Part shown: positions 39,452-47,916 of the stretch, piece by piece
How positions within the stretch are numbered: the stretch's first letter is position 1
How the letters are laid out: every line of letters begins with the position of its first letter
Source of the DNA: Gemmatimonadota bacterium
GTDB lineage: Bacteria > Latescibacterota > UBA2968 > GCA-2709665
Reading direction: 5' to 3'
NCBI GenBank assembly: GCA_028874335.1
Contig: JAPPJY010000003.1
Location: forward strand, 1,618-65,617
Length of the DNA: 64,000 nt
Position numbers and translations under genes: made by a program
Notes under the pieces: model-generated
Told to the model about the DNA's origin: nothing
The model's database searches: none
Seen by the model: only the letters and a program-made list of their open reading frames with translations

Positions 39452-40714
39452 ATGCCAGAGACAACCCACAGGTACAGATCGCGAAACCGATGGCTCGCCG
39501 TGCTTGCACTGTCCGTTTCGTCTTTGCTGGCGGCTGACGTTTCGGGCACCGCGGATAGCCGGGCTGCCGCGACCGCGCCGAACCCGCTTTCGATCCGTCA
39601 GGAGTTCAACGCGGTCTCGGCGCAGATCGACAGTCTGATCCGTGTGATGAGCGCCGAAGACCCGGGAGCCATCGACAGGAAACGCCTGCCCGGAAACGCA
39701 GACGTCCTGCGTCTCCCGAAAGGGACCTCCGTGGTCTGCATCTTCTGGGCCGATGACGAGGCACGCGTGTGGCTCAATGACTTTCCCGTGGGCGAAACCC
39801 GCCTCACGCCCGTGGAAGTCGAGGTCCCGCACCTCTACCTGAGGAGCAGGAATCGGATCCGCGCCCGGTGCTGGGACACCGACCACGTGGAAAGCGGATT
39901 CCTCTTCGGTCTCTATCTGAAGCAGTCAAACGGCGCGCTGCACCCGATTCTGGTTTCCGACGAAAGCTGGCAGACCGAAAGAGGCCCGGCCGTTGAAATC
40001 ACCTATGCGCATCCCGTTCCCGACATCCCGTCTGCCCGTGTCATCTGGCATTCCATGATCTTCGGCCGGGCGGAATTCTCGAAGGGATTCACCCGGAGGG
40101 AAATCGAAAACGCCCTGTCGAAACCGTCGCGTGCGCATGCGCCACGGACCCGGCAGAAACGCATGGACTACCACGGTTTTCTGCAGAATCTGGTTTCCCT
40201 GCAGGCAACACGCGCCAGACTCAAGCGCCAGCTTTCGGATACCACGGATCCCGACATTCAGACCGCTTATACAGGCCATCGGAATCCTGAAGTCAGCTTC
40301 ACCCTGGGCAAGGCGGGACCGCTCAAGGAAGAGACGTCGCTCACCTTCGCGAAGAAAGTCGAGTTGTGGGCGCAGAAGCTGGCCGAGACGGAAAAGCGGC
40401 TCGTCTACCCCGAACGGCGGACGCTGAAGGGAGAAGACGCCGCCATCGAGGCCTCGAGACCATCGGCGCTCGGTACCAGGAGTGGCGACCGGCGGGACGC
40501 CTATCGCCCGCCCGATGAACGGTCGCCCGGTGAAGAGACGGTTTCTGCAAGACGCGGGAGGGAAGGCAAATCCGCCGCTGCCGAAACCGGTGAAGGCGGA
40601 TTCGGAGGGAGCGGCGGGCGCGGGTCGCGTGCGGGGCTGCTGTTTCCCAGCATCATCCTCGCTGCCTATATCTGGTACGTCGTCTCGAAAGGCACGGATG
40701 GATTGCGAATCTGA
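39452..40714 (+). CDS. exported hypothetical protein with a beta-sandwich-like domain and C-terminal TM anchor
   Basis: Signal peptide WLAVLALSVSSLLA; WADDEARVWLND jelly-roll-like motif; Gly-rich linker; terminal hydrophobic helix. Confidence 0.65.
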   Translation: MPETTHRYRSRNRWLAVLALSVSSLLAADVSGTADSRAAATAPNPLSIRQEFNAVSAQIDSLIRVMSAEDPGAIDRKRLPGNADVLRLPKGTSVVCIFWADDEARVWLNDFPVGETRLTPVEVEVPHLYLRSRNRIRARCWDTDHVESGFLFGLYLKQSNGALHPILVSDESWQTERGPAVEITYAHPVPDIPSARVIWHSMIFGRAEFSKGFTRREIENALSKPSRAHAPRTRQKRMDYHGFLQNLVSLQATRARLKRQLSDTTDPDIQTAYTGHRNPEVSFTLGKAGPLKEETSLTFAKKVELWAQKLAETEKRLVYPERRTLKGEDAAIEASRPSALGTRSGDRRDAYRPPDERSPGEETVSARRGREGKSAAAETGEGGFGGSGGRGSRAGLLFPSIILAAYIWYVVSKGTDGLRI

Positions 40715-40738
40715 TCAACTCCAAAGTGAGGACAGGTC

Positions 40739-41536
40739 GTGACGCATTTGGTCTGGTATGAGATTCTGATTGTGGTTGTCTTCGCCTCCGGGTGCGCGAT
40801 GGCAGGCGCGCTTACGTTGATCCAGAAGGTCGTCTTAATCTGCCGGGAAGAGTTTCGGTACGGGCTGCCGGAAAACCGGGCCAGACTGACGAGTGGGGTT
40901 CTGGGCGGCCTTGCGGGGTTCGGCGTCGCCGCGCTGGGTATCTACTACTACCTTTATGTCGCCCTGCCGGAGAGCTGGATCGAGTGGGTGGGCCGATCTG
41001 CGTACGCGCTCATCCTGGCCGCCTCGACCGCGCACCTTTCCGTCATTGTCCACCTCTGGAGGCGGATTTGCGTCGAAGAGGAAGCCCTCCGTTCGATACC
41101 ATCCGCCTCAGGTGCGCCCACCCTGCTTGCGCGCCGGCAGGCCGGCCTGCGAGACCTCAGGACCGAAACGGAGGCATTCACGGATCTGAAAGCCAGGGAC
41201 GACGAGCTGATCACAGACCTGATCGGGGTGATCGGCGAGCGGCTGCTGTCCGGGCATCGCGCTCTGAGCCGCATCCCCTTCTACGGCTATCTGGGCACGG
41301 TATGCGGTATCCTGCTCATGGCGCAGGAACTGGGCCGGCTGGACGAAGCCACCGAGACGTTCAAGGTGCTCCGCGATATGGCCGACGGATTGACCCTGGC
41401 CTTCAAGACCACCCTGATCGCCCTGCTGGCCTACCTTCCGCTGAGAAAGTGCATCGACATTCTGATGGGGCGGGTCGGCGCCCTCGAACGGGCCTGGCTG
41501 GCGATGAGAGACGACCCGGGGAGCGAAGCAAATTGA
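40739..41536 (+). CDS. MotA/TolQ/ExbB proton channel family protein
   Basis: IPFYGYLGTVCGI and GLTLAFKTTLIAL signature TMs. Confidence 0.8.
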   Translation: MTHLVWYEILIVVVFASGCAMAGALTLIQKVVLICREEFRYGLPENRARLTSGVLGGLAGFGVAALGIYYYLYVALPESWIEWVGRSAYALILAASTAHLSVIVHLWRRICVEEEALRSIPSASGAPTLLARRQAGLRDLRTETEAFTDLKARDDELITDLIGVIGERLLSGHRALSRIPFYGYLGTVCGILLMAQELGRLDEATETFKVLRDMADGLTLAFKTTLIALLAYLPLRKCIDILMGRVGALERAWLAMRDDPGSEAN

Positions 41537-41955
41537 GAAGCCGATTTCTGCAGCGCGCCGCCGCGCAGGCGGAAGAACACGACGTCAGCAAGGAACTGTT
41601 CCTCGGCATCATGATGCTCATGCTCACCCTGGGCATCATGATCCTGAACGTCGCGCAACCGGTCTGGCGGGTGCATCACCACGACCCACGGACCGAGGAC
41701 CTGGTCCTCATCTACACGGCAAAGGGTGCCGGGCTCTCGAACGACGGAAAATCCGTCGAACGGCTGCTCCGGCCCGGGGAGTTCGAGCGCCTCACGGCCG
41801 GGCTCATCGCCCAGCCCGACCGCAACCTCCACCTCTTCCTTCGCGGCGGCAGCCGGGACTTCATGGTTAGACACGCCGCCTACGCAGATTCTCTCCTCTC
41901 CACGGCACCGACGGGCAAGAAAGTAAGGCCCGCGGTTTTCGTTCATATGTGGTAG
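41533..41955 (+). CDS. ExbD/TolR-like single-pass partner (140 aa)
   Basis: TTG overlapping the upstream TGA; one TM (ELFLGIMMLMLTLGIMIL) then a small periplasmic domain. Confidence 0.6.
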   Translation: MRSRFLQRAAAQAEEHDVSKELFLGIMMLMLTLGIMILNVAQPVWRVHHHDPRTEDLVLIYTAKGAGLSNDGKSVERLLRPGEFERLTAGLIAQPDRNLHLFLRGGSRDFMVRHAAYADSLLSTAPTGKKVRPAVFVHMW

Positions 41956-41970
41956 GCTGCTGAATCGAGA

Positions 41971-42071
41971 CCCCTCCCCCGGCCCCTCCCCGGCGCGGGC
42001 AGACAGGAATGTCCGCCCCACCTTCACACACGCTTCCTCACAATGCGGGCGCCCACAAGGGACGCCCCTAC
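41971..42071. repeat. cluster of REP-like palindromes
   Basis: Minus strand GTAGGGGCGTCCCTTGTGGGCGCCC (42047-42071) and GTGGGGCGGACATTCCTGTCTGCCC (41997-42021), plus CCCTCCCCCGGCCCCTCCCC. Confidence 0.65.
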
Positions 42072-42164
42072 ACGGGCAACGGGGCGTGATGCGGTAACGC
42101 GAATTGGCAATTCGCGGCACGGCGCCGAAGCCTGCACAGCGGCGACATTGGAGGATTCGAGCAC

Positions 42165-42198
42165 AAAAAAAACCGGCCGTGTCGATGGACGGCCGGTT
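42165..42198 (-). terminator. intrinsic terminator
   Basis: AACCGGCCGT...ACGGCCGGTT hairpin followed by a U-tract on the minus strand. Confidence 0.8.
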
Positions 42199-42222
42199 CG
42201 AAACGTCCTCCGAGATCGCCGG

Positions 42223-43089
42223 TTATTCTTTTTTCAGAACCGCCAACACGCGCTGGCCCATCAGCGTCGAGTCCCAGAATGTGACCATGGTCTGCCCCTC
42301 GGGCCCTTTGCTGGCGCGATATTCCTTTCGTTTGCTCAACTTGCCGTGCCGGTCGCACAGCGCCGCCAGTTCGCCCGGAACCGCGATGGTCTCGCCAACC
42401 GGCACCCTCTTGATCGAATCCAGGTACCGTTCATCCGTAACGTCCGGAAAGCCGACGAGTTTGTAGTTCTTCCTGATCGTTATCCCCCGTGACGTGTTCA
42501 GATACCCTGCCTCTTTCAGTTCGGCTTCGGTCCCAACGTACACCAGCACGGAGGTTGCGGTTTCCTGCATGGTCTGCGCCTGTTCGACGGCCTCCTTCAG
42601 GCTGGATTCCAATCTGATCAGGCGCGTTGTCTTGTCGTGCAGCAGCTTGTTCAGCGTGTCGACCTCGATCTTCAACGTCCTGACGGCCGCGGTCGCCTGG
42701 TCCTTCTCGCCTCTCAATTGTTTGAGTTCCGCAACCAGCCTTTCGTTCATCGCCTGTTGTTTCCTGTACAGCGCCTGATACTCCCTCATCTCGCCCGTTA
42801 CCTTGTGCAGCGATGTCAGGAGCTTCCGGTTGGACACTCTCGCGCTGTCTACATGGGCGCGCATGGCATCGATACGCGAGTCCATTTCATCCACCAGCGC
42901 GTTCAACGAATCGATCTGGCCCGTATAGAGCTCGATATCGCTCTCCAGTTGCGCGACCTGCGGGTCGACTTCAGGAACGGTATCGGGCTTCCAGACCGTC
43001 AACAACAGAATAACCAGCAATGCAGCCAGAAAGCCGACGACGATAACGATACGTTTCCTGTCGCCGGATGGATCGGGTCCTTTGTTCAC
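42223..43089 (-). CDS. membrane-anchored coiled-coil hypothetical protein
   Basis: N-terminal TM, long heptad region, C-terminal YVGTEAELKEAG domain; GGAGG RBS. Confidence 0.8.
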   Translation of the reverse strand: MNKGPDPSGDRKRIVIVVGFLAALLVILLLTVWKPDTVPEVDPQVAQLESDIELYTGQIDSLNALVDEMDSRIDAMRAHVDSARVSNRKLLTSLHKVTGEMREYQALYRKQQAMNERLVAELKQLRGEKDQATAAVRTLKIEVDTLNKLLHDKTTRLIRLESSLKEAVEQAQTMQETATSVLVYVGTEAELKEAGYLNTSRGITIRKNYKLVGFPDVTDERYLDSIKRVPVGETIAVPGELAALCDRHGKLSKRKEYRASKGPEGQTMVTFWDSTLMGQRVLAVLKKE

Positions 43090-43399
43090 GAGCCACCTCC
43101 GAATGAAACGGATTCACGCCGGGTGAACCGCGGTTAACCTTGATTCGTCGTTTTTCGAGGACGTTAATTCGAATATGTGTCGGTTAAAAAGGCGATTAGA
43201 CTGCTGATTACCAGGATGCACCAGGACACTGTACGTGTACTGAAAAAATGTCCTTCATGACGACCATTTCGGCCTGTTTCGAAGGGTTTCGTCGCGGTGC
43301 CGCGTTGCGGCCTTTGCGGAATTGAGGTGAAATGTCAGGCTGGATATTGCATCAGGTACCTGAACACCCGGAACGGGGTGATTCCTGCCCGCGTTCAGG

Positions 43400-44185
43400 C
43401 TACGGCTTCCGGGGTCGTTTCATCACTTTGCCGTAGATGGAGTCCACGGCGGACTGCAGGGTGTCAGCCGCCCTGCCCTGCCTGATCATCGCGTCGATGA
43501 GTTCATTCTGCGCCGTAGCCGCGTTCTTCAGCGCCAGCCGAGCGCGCTGCTCCGCGCGTTGCACGGTCGCGCGCAGCAGGGCTATCTCTTCCTTCTGCCG
43601 ACCGGCGCGCGCCTCCACGCCCGCGAGATTCTCGCGCGTACGGGCGAGACTTTCGAGGGTCTTCTTATGGCGGGCCTCCTCCAGTGCGAGGCGCGTCTGC
43701 AAATCCCGTCCCAGCGCGCGTTCCGTATTCAGACTGTCCGAATAGGCGCCGCGGGCGTTCTCTTCTTCCTTCAGCTCGGCCTGCGTCTGCCCAAGCCGGG
43801 CGCGCATTTGCTTGAGATCGGCTTTTGTGCGCGCATGGCGCGACCGCTCGTCCTGCAGGTCTGCCCGCACTTCCCATTCCGACTTGGTCAGGTCCACCTT
43901 TTCCAGCGTCCGGTCCAGCAGTTTCGCGCCTTGCTCGTCCAGCTTCTCACGAAAGGTATCCACCGTCCGGTCCAGCCGTTCGCGCGTGTCTTTCATTGCC
44001 GCGTCCTGCTGCTGGAGGGCCGTCTGAATCACAAGGAAGACCATCAGACCCGACACGACGCTCACGTAGCCGCCAAAGCCCAGCAGGTGCTTCCGCGACA
44101 GCGGTTTCACCCAATGGATGAGCGCGAAGACCCCGCCCCATATCAAGATCAGGGCGCCAAGAATCGCAAAGAATACGATCGGCAC
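43400..44185 (-). CDS. two-TM coiled-coil hypothetical protein
   Basis: Two N-terminal TMs then about 200 aa of coiled coil; the upstream ORF extension runs through the MITE and is spurious. Confidence 0.72.
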   Translation of the reverse strand: MPIVFFAILGALILIWGGVFALIHWVKPLSRKHLLGFGGYVSVVSGLMVFLVIQTALQQQDAAMKDTRERLDRTVDTFREKLDEQGAKLLDRTLEKVDLTKSEWEVRADLQDERSRHARTKADLKQMRARLGQTQAELKEEENARGAYSDSLNTERALGRDLQTRLALEEARHKKTLESLARTRENLAGVEARAGRQKEEIALLRATVQRAEQRARLALKNAATAQNELIDAMIRQGRAADTLQSAVDSIYGKVMKRPRKP

Positions 44186-44214
44186 GGGCAGACGGCCTCG
44201 AGAAACCGGATTAA

Positions 44215-44403
44215 GAAGCTGTTTTAAAATTCCTGGTGAGTCCCGAGCGCGCGCGAAAATGTGTCGGTCAAGGCGGGCAAAGGCGCCCATATACTGATGT
44301 ATCGTGGCTGCGCGCCCCTCACCACTCTTGGGTGGATTTGACCAACGCAGACCGACGCTTTTGCAGCCGCCCGAAGACCGCTGGGGGGTTTTAAGACAGA
44401 TTC
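44215..44403. mobile_element. MITE copy 1 (189 bp)
   Basis: Terminal inverted repeats GAAGCTGTTTTAAAA / TTTTAAGACAGATTC flanked by TAA direct repeats; homologous to 59256-59417. Confidence 0.85.
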
Positions 44404-44607
44404 TAAGGGGTACGAACGAATATAAGTTGAAGCATTTGCTCGATTTCGTCAAGAGCAAACGTCCGGAAATCCGCGGAGCCGGACCAAACGAACGGTATTT
44501 CAGTGCAATCGTCCGCAGCAAAAAAGACGGGACACGGCGATGCCGCGACCCGTCTCAATGCACATTGGTTCCAGTTGTCTTTTTCCGGGGGCTTCCTCGA
44601 TGCCACG

Positions 44608-45462
44608 CTACAGATACACCTCCAGACGCTTCCGTACCGACGGCTGCCTCAGCCTTCCGAAGGCGTCCTCCTTCAATTGCCTCACCCGTTCCCGGCTGAT
44701 ACCCAGCCGGCGTCCGATCTCCTGATAGGTCGTGGGTTCCTCCCCGTGCATGCCGAAATAGAGCGTAATGACCTTTCTGTGACGTTCCGAAAGCGCTTCC
44801 AGCGTCTCCATTACGGCGCGGGTCCGGCATTCCTCGACGATCGTCTCTTCCGCCGACACGACGTGCCGGTCCGAAAGCGTCTCCTCGAGACTGAGGCCGT
44901 CGTCCGTACCAACGGTATCGAGTGACACGGCGCTTGCGCCACCGTCAAGGCAGCGGTCGAGCCTCTTGACGGGCAAACCGGAACAGGCGGCGATTTCCTC
45001 CGGCGCGGGGCTTCGATCCAGGCGCTGCATCAGACGATCTTCGGTCTTTCGCATTCGGCCGATGTCGTTCAATACGCTGGCGGGCACACGGACGGTTCGG
45101 GTCTGGACGTCCAGCGCCTTCAGAATGTGCTGCCGGATCCACCAGACCGCGTATGTGATGAACCTGCATCCCCTGCTCCGGTCGAATTTCCTTGCAGCGC
45201 TAAACAGCCCGCAATTGCCCTCGTTGATGAGGTCTCCCAGCGGCAGGCCCTGGTTCTGGTATCCTCTGGCGATGTGAATGACAAAACGAAGATTCGCATT
45301 CACGAGCGCCGTAATTGCGGATTCATCCCCCGCTTCCGCCCTGGCCGCGAGGGCCCGTTCTTCAGCCGGATCGATCCGCGGATGTCGATCGACCTCCTTG
45401 TAGTAGTATTTCAGCGATCTGTCTTCAAACGTGGCACGACCTTCATGCATTCCGGCAATCAT
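44608..45462 (-). CDS. RNA polymerase sigma70-family factor (RpoD/SigA-like, lacking region 1.1)
   Basis: ANLRFV, DLINEGN, FITYAVWWIRQ, EIGRRLGISRERVRQ. Confidence 0.94.
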   Translation of the reverse strand: MIAGMHEGRATFEDRSLKYYYKEVDRHPRIDPAEERALAARAEAGDESAITALVNANLRFVIHIARGYQNQGLPLGDLINEGNCGLFSAARKFDRSRGCRFITYAVWWIRQHILKALDVQTRTVRVPASVLNDIGRMRKTEDRLMQRLDRSPAPEEIAACSGLPVKRLDRCLDGGASAVSLDTVGTDDGLSLEETLSDRHVVSAEETIVEECRTRAVMETLEALSERHRKVITLYFGMHGEEPTTYQEIGRRLGISRERVRQLKEDAFGRLRQPSVRKRLEVYL

Positions 45463-45549
45463 CGCTCAACCTCCGTGAACTGAAGGTACCCGACCGATTG
45501 AGAATTGTTGACGCACCCTGGAAAATTGCAGTGTCCTCCAGTACACGAA

Positions 45550-45578
45550 AATATACTGAACATATGTTCAGCATTCAA
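45550..45578 (-). promoter_or_regulatory. sigma70 promoter with palindromic operator (LexA/Cheo-box-like) in the spacer
   Basis: TTGAAT-N17-TATATT; the spacer contains the perfect palindrome CTGAACATATGTTCAG (GAAC-N4-GTTC). Confidence 0.7.
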
Positions 45579-45695
45579 GTAGAAACTTCTTGTCCCGGTG
45601 AATTTTTTTTCATACTTTTCGCCCTCGGAACCGCCTGAGAGTCCCTGCATACCCGGCAGAGTGTCTTTGTGCCGGTTTTATTCGGGAGAATTGCG

Positions 45696-46715
45696 ATGAA
45701 GAAAATACGAGTCGGACTGGTCCGCTGCGACATGCATGGCATGTATTACGGCGCGCTGATGGCCGAACACGCGCCACTGCGGCTGCAGAGTCCCATGGAA
45801 GACTGCGCCGGCGCGCCCTACTCCTGGATGAGCGGCGGGGCCCACTTTTATTTTTATACGTTCTACAGCGACCCCACCCGGATGACCGTTCCGTGTCTGC
45901 ACGAATTCGAAATCGCCCGCGTCTGGGACGAACATCCCGGTGTCGGCGACGTCTTCGCGCGGGTCTTCACCTCCAGACCGCGGGTTTGCGATCAATTCCA
46001 CGAAGTCTCTGACGACGTGGACCTGGTTCTGGTGGCGGACTGCAATTACGACGGCGCCGACCATCTCGAGCTGGCCAGGCCCGGCCTGGAAAAAGGGGTA
46101 CCCACCTTCATCGACAAGCCGCTTGCGAACAATCTGGACAATGCGAACGCCATCGTCAGCCTGGCCAGGAATCACAATGCCCCCCTGCTTTCGCGTTCAA
46201 TCCTGAATACGCTCCCTCAGGCCAGGCAATTCGCCGCCCGCTTTCCGGAAGTCGGCAACCTGGAGTTCGTCTCCATCCGCGGGGGAGGCCCCTCCCTGGC
46301 GGGCCAGATCCATGCCATCTGTCTGGCGCAGAACTTCTTCGGGTCCGGCGTGCGCGCCGTGGAATCCATGGGAGAGAATACAGGCGGCTTCATGCGCCTG
46401 GTCTACCCGGACGAACCCCGCTTTCCCCGATGCGGCGCCATGCTCAGCTGCGACACCGGCGAAACCTATCACTGCGCGTTTTACGCCAGCGCGTACGGGA
46501 ACATGGGCGACATTCATTCGGCGCCCCTTGGCGACTACGTTTTCCCCTACGGCGCGTACGAGAACATCAAACTGATGAAAACGATGGTCGAATCCCGCCA
46601 GCCCCCGATTCCCTATCCTGAAATACTGGAAAGCGTCGCAGTTTCCACCGCTGCTGCCAAAGCGCACAATACCGGAAAGCGGGTCTCGCTGCGGGACGTC
46701 GGATACGAACCCTGA
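45696..46715 (+). CDS. Gfo/Idh/MocA-like oxidoreductase
   Basis: IRVGLV, VDLVLVAD, PTFIDKPLA. Confidence 0.75.
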   Translation: MKKIRVGLVRCDMHGMYYGALMAEHAPLRLQSPMEDCAGAPYSWMSGGAHFYFYTFYSDPTRMTVPCLHEFEIARVWDEHPGVGDVFARVFTSRPRVCDQFHEVSDDVDLVLVADCNYDGADHLELARPGLEKGVPTFIDKPLANNLDNANAIVSLARNHNAPLLSRSILNTLPQARQFAARFPEVGNLEFVSIRGGGPSLAGQIHAICLAQNFFGSGVRAVESMGENTGGFMRLVYPDEPRFPRCGAMLSCDTGETYHCAFYASAYGNMGDIHSAPLGDYVFPYGAYENIKLMKTMVESRQPPIPYPEILESVAVSTAAAKAHNTGKRVSLRDVGYEP

Positions 46716-46758
46716 AAAAAAACACGAGGGACGCAACTCTCGTTGCGTCCCTCGTGTG
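46716..46758. terminator. intrinsic terminator between convergent genes
   Basis: A-tract plus ACACGAGGGACGCAAC...GTTGCGTCCCTCGTGT hairpin. Confidence 0.8.
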
Positions 46759-46784
46759 CGGACCGCGTCCCGGCTGCCCGCCGC

Positions 46785-47558
46785 TCAGATTTTCACGATA
46801 AAGCGGGTCAGATCCTTTGCCCGATCCGAAAGAGAATCGTACATGGACCGGGGCAGGGGGTGTTCCTTCCTGAGCCACACGAACCACGGCGCCGAATAAC
46901 CCACGCTCGTCATCGCGCGAATCTCATCCGACCGGTTGGCCGTGCCCCCGTGCCAGCAACGGATGTCGCGAATAACCGCCCCGCCGGCAGGTCCGCATAC
47001 GATCGACCGCTTCATCCAGTCCGGCTCCTCCTCCAGCCCGGGCGCCGGGTCCCGATTGCGGTGGGTGCCGGGCACAAAACGTGTCGCGCCATTGATCTCC
47101 GTAAATTCCACCATGGGGAAATTCACCACGATGACCGGGGTCGGCAGGTCGAATACATTCACCCGCCCCTGGGGGTCAAGGAGCATATCCGTGATATCCG
47201 CGTGCAGCTTCTGGATCCTTGCGCCGGGTAGCGAATAATCTCCTCCGGCGCCCCAGCAATGGAAGTCACGGCTCGTCCAGATCGCTTCCAGGACCGGTAG
47301 AACCGTTTGCAAATCAATCAGTTGGGCCCACTCCGGGTGGTGTATCTGCTGTCCGAAGGAATAGCGCGCGTACCCGCGATTTGCATCCTCCAATGGAATG
47401 GCGGCCGTCTGCTGCGCGACCACGCGGTCCGCCCCCTTCCGTGCATAAGCAAGCTGCTCTGCTGTCAATGCATTTTGCATCACGACAAGCCCGTCCCGAT
47501 GGAATATTCGCGCCGCCTTCTCCACTTCCGACGGTTCCACAAACTCGACGTCCAGCAT
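46785..47558 (-). CDS. PhyH-family dioxygenase
   Basis: QKLHAD, NGATRFVPGTH, WHGGTAN...R. Confidence 0.9.
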   Translation of the reverse strand: MLDVEFVEPSEVEKAARIFHRDGLVVMQNALTAEQLAYARKGADRVVAQQTAAIPLEDANRGYARYSFGQQIHHPEWAQLIDLQTVLPVLEAIWTSRDFHCWGAGGDYSLPGARIQKLHADITDMLLDPQGRVNVFDLPTPVIVVNFPMVEFTEINGATRFVPGTHRNRDPAPGLEEEPDWMKRSIVCGPAGGAVIRDIRCWHGGTANRSDEIRAMTSVGYSAPWFVWLRKEHPLPRSMYDSLSDRAKDLTRFIVKI

Positions 47559-47587
47559 CTGTTCGCCCCTTCGATTGGTTTGGGGAT

Positions 47588-47725
47588 AAAAAAAGCGCCT
47601 AACCTACCAGGCGCCGAAAATTATTGACGAAGTTCCACAGTAACCTGTGGAATAACTTCCGGTTGGGTCACCCTTATGTAGATTCAAGGCACTTTTAGAG
47701 GTTGGATCCGCAGGATACAGCCTCC
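47588..47725 (-). ncRNA. candidate structured sRNA or attenuator leader (~138 nt)
   Basis: Bounded by TTGCGT-N17-TATATT (47760-47732) and a GCGCCT...AGGCGC-U7 terminator; three internal hairpins; no ORF. Confidence 0.55.
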
Positions 47726-47916
47726 ACGTAAAATATAAGCATTCCGGATTGAAAACGCAAGCGGAACTCTGAACATCGCCCGTGCTGGCTTGACTTCCGC
47801 CCGTCGCCTGCATACATTCCAGCCACGAAAGGCCCATCTCAGGCTCATTTCGGCCGTGCGACGGCGGACCACGTCACGCAGTCAATACACCTTGCAGAAC
47901 AGAGAAAGGAACGCCG

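Noticed and set aside
33516-39509. 650-aa and 617-aa minus-strand ORFs
   Set aside because: They overlap well-supported genes (MDR, dapF, SDR, dehydratase) and have no domain signatures
44186-44521. N-terminal 112-aa extension of ORF 43400..44521
   Set aside because: It reads through the MITE; the hydrophobic, protein-like sequence begins near GTG 44185
47629-47660. Head-to-head DnaA-box-like sequences suggesting oriC
   Set aside because: Only two imperfect boxes, no dnaA/dnaN context; better explained as a hairpin of the candidate RNA
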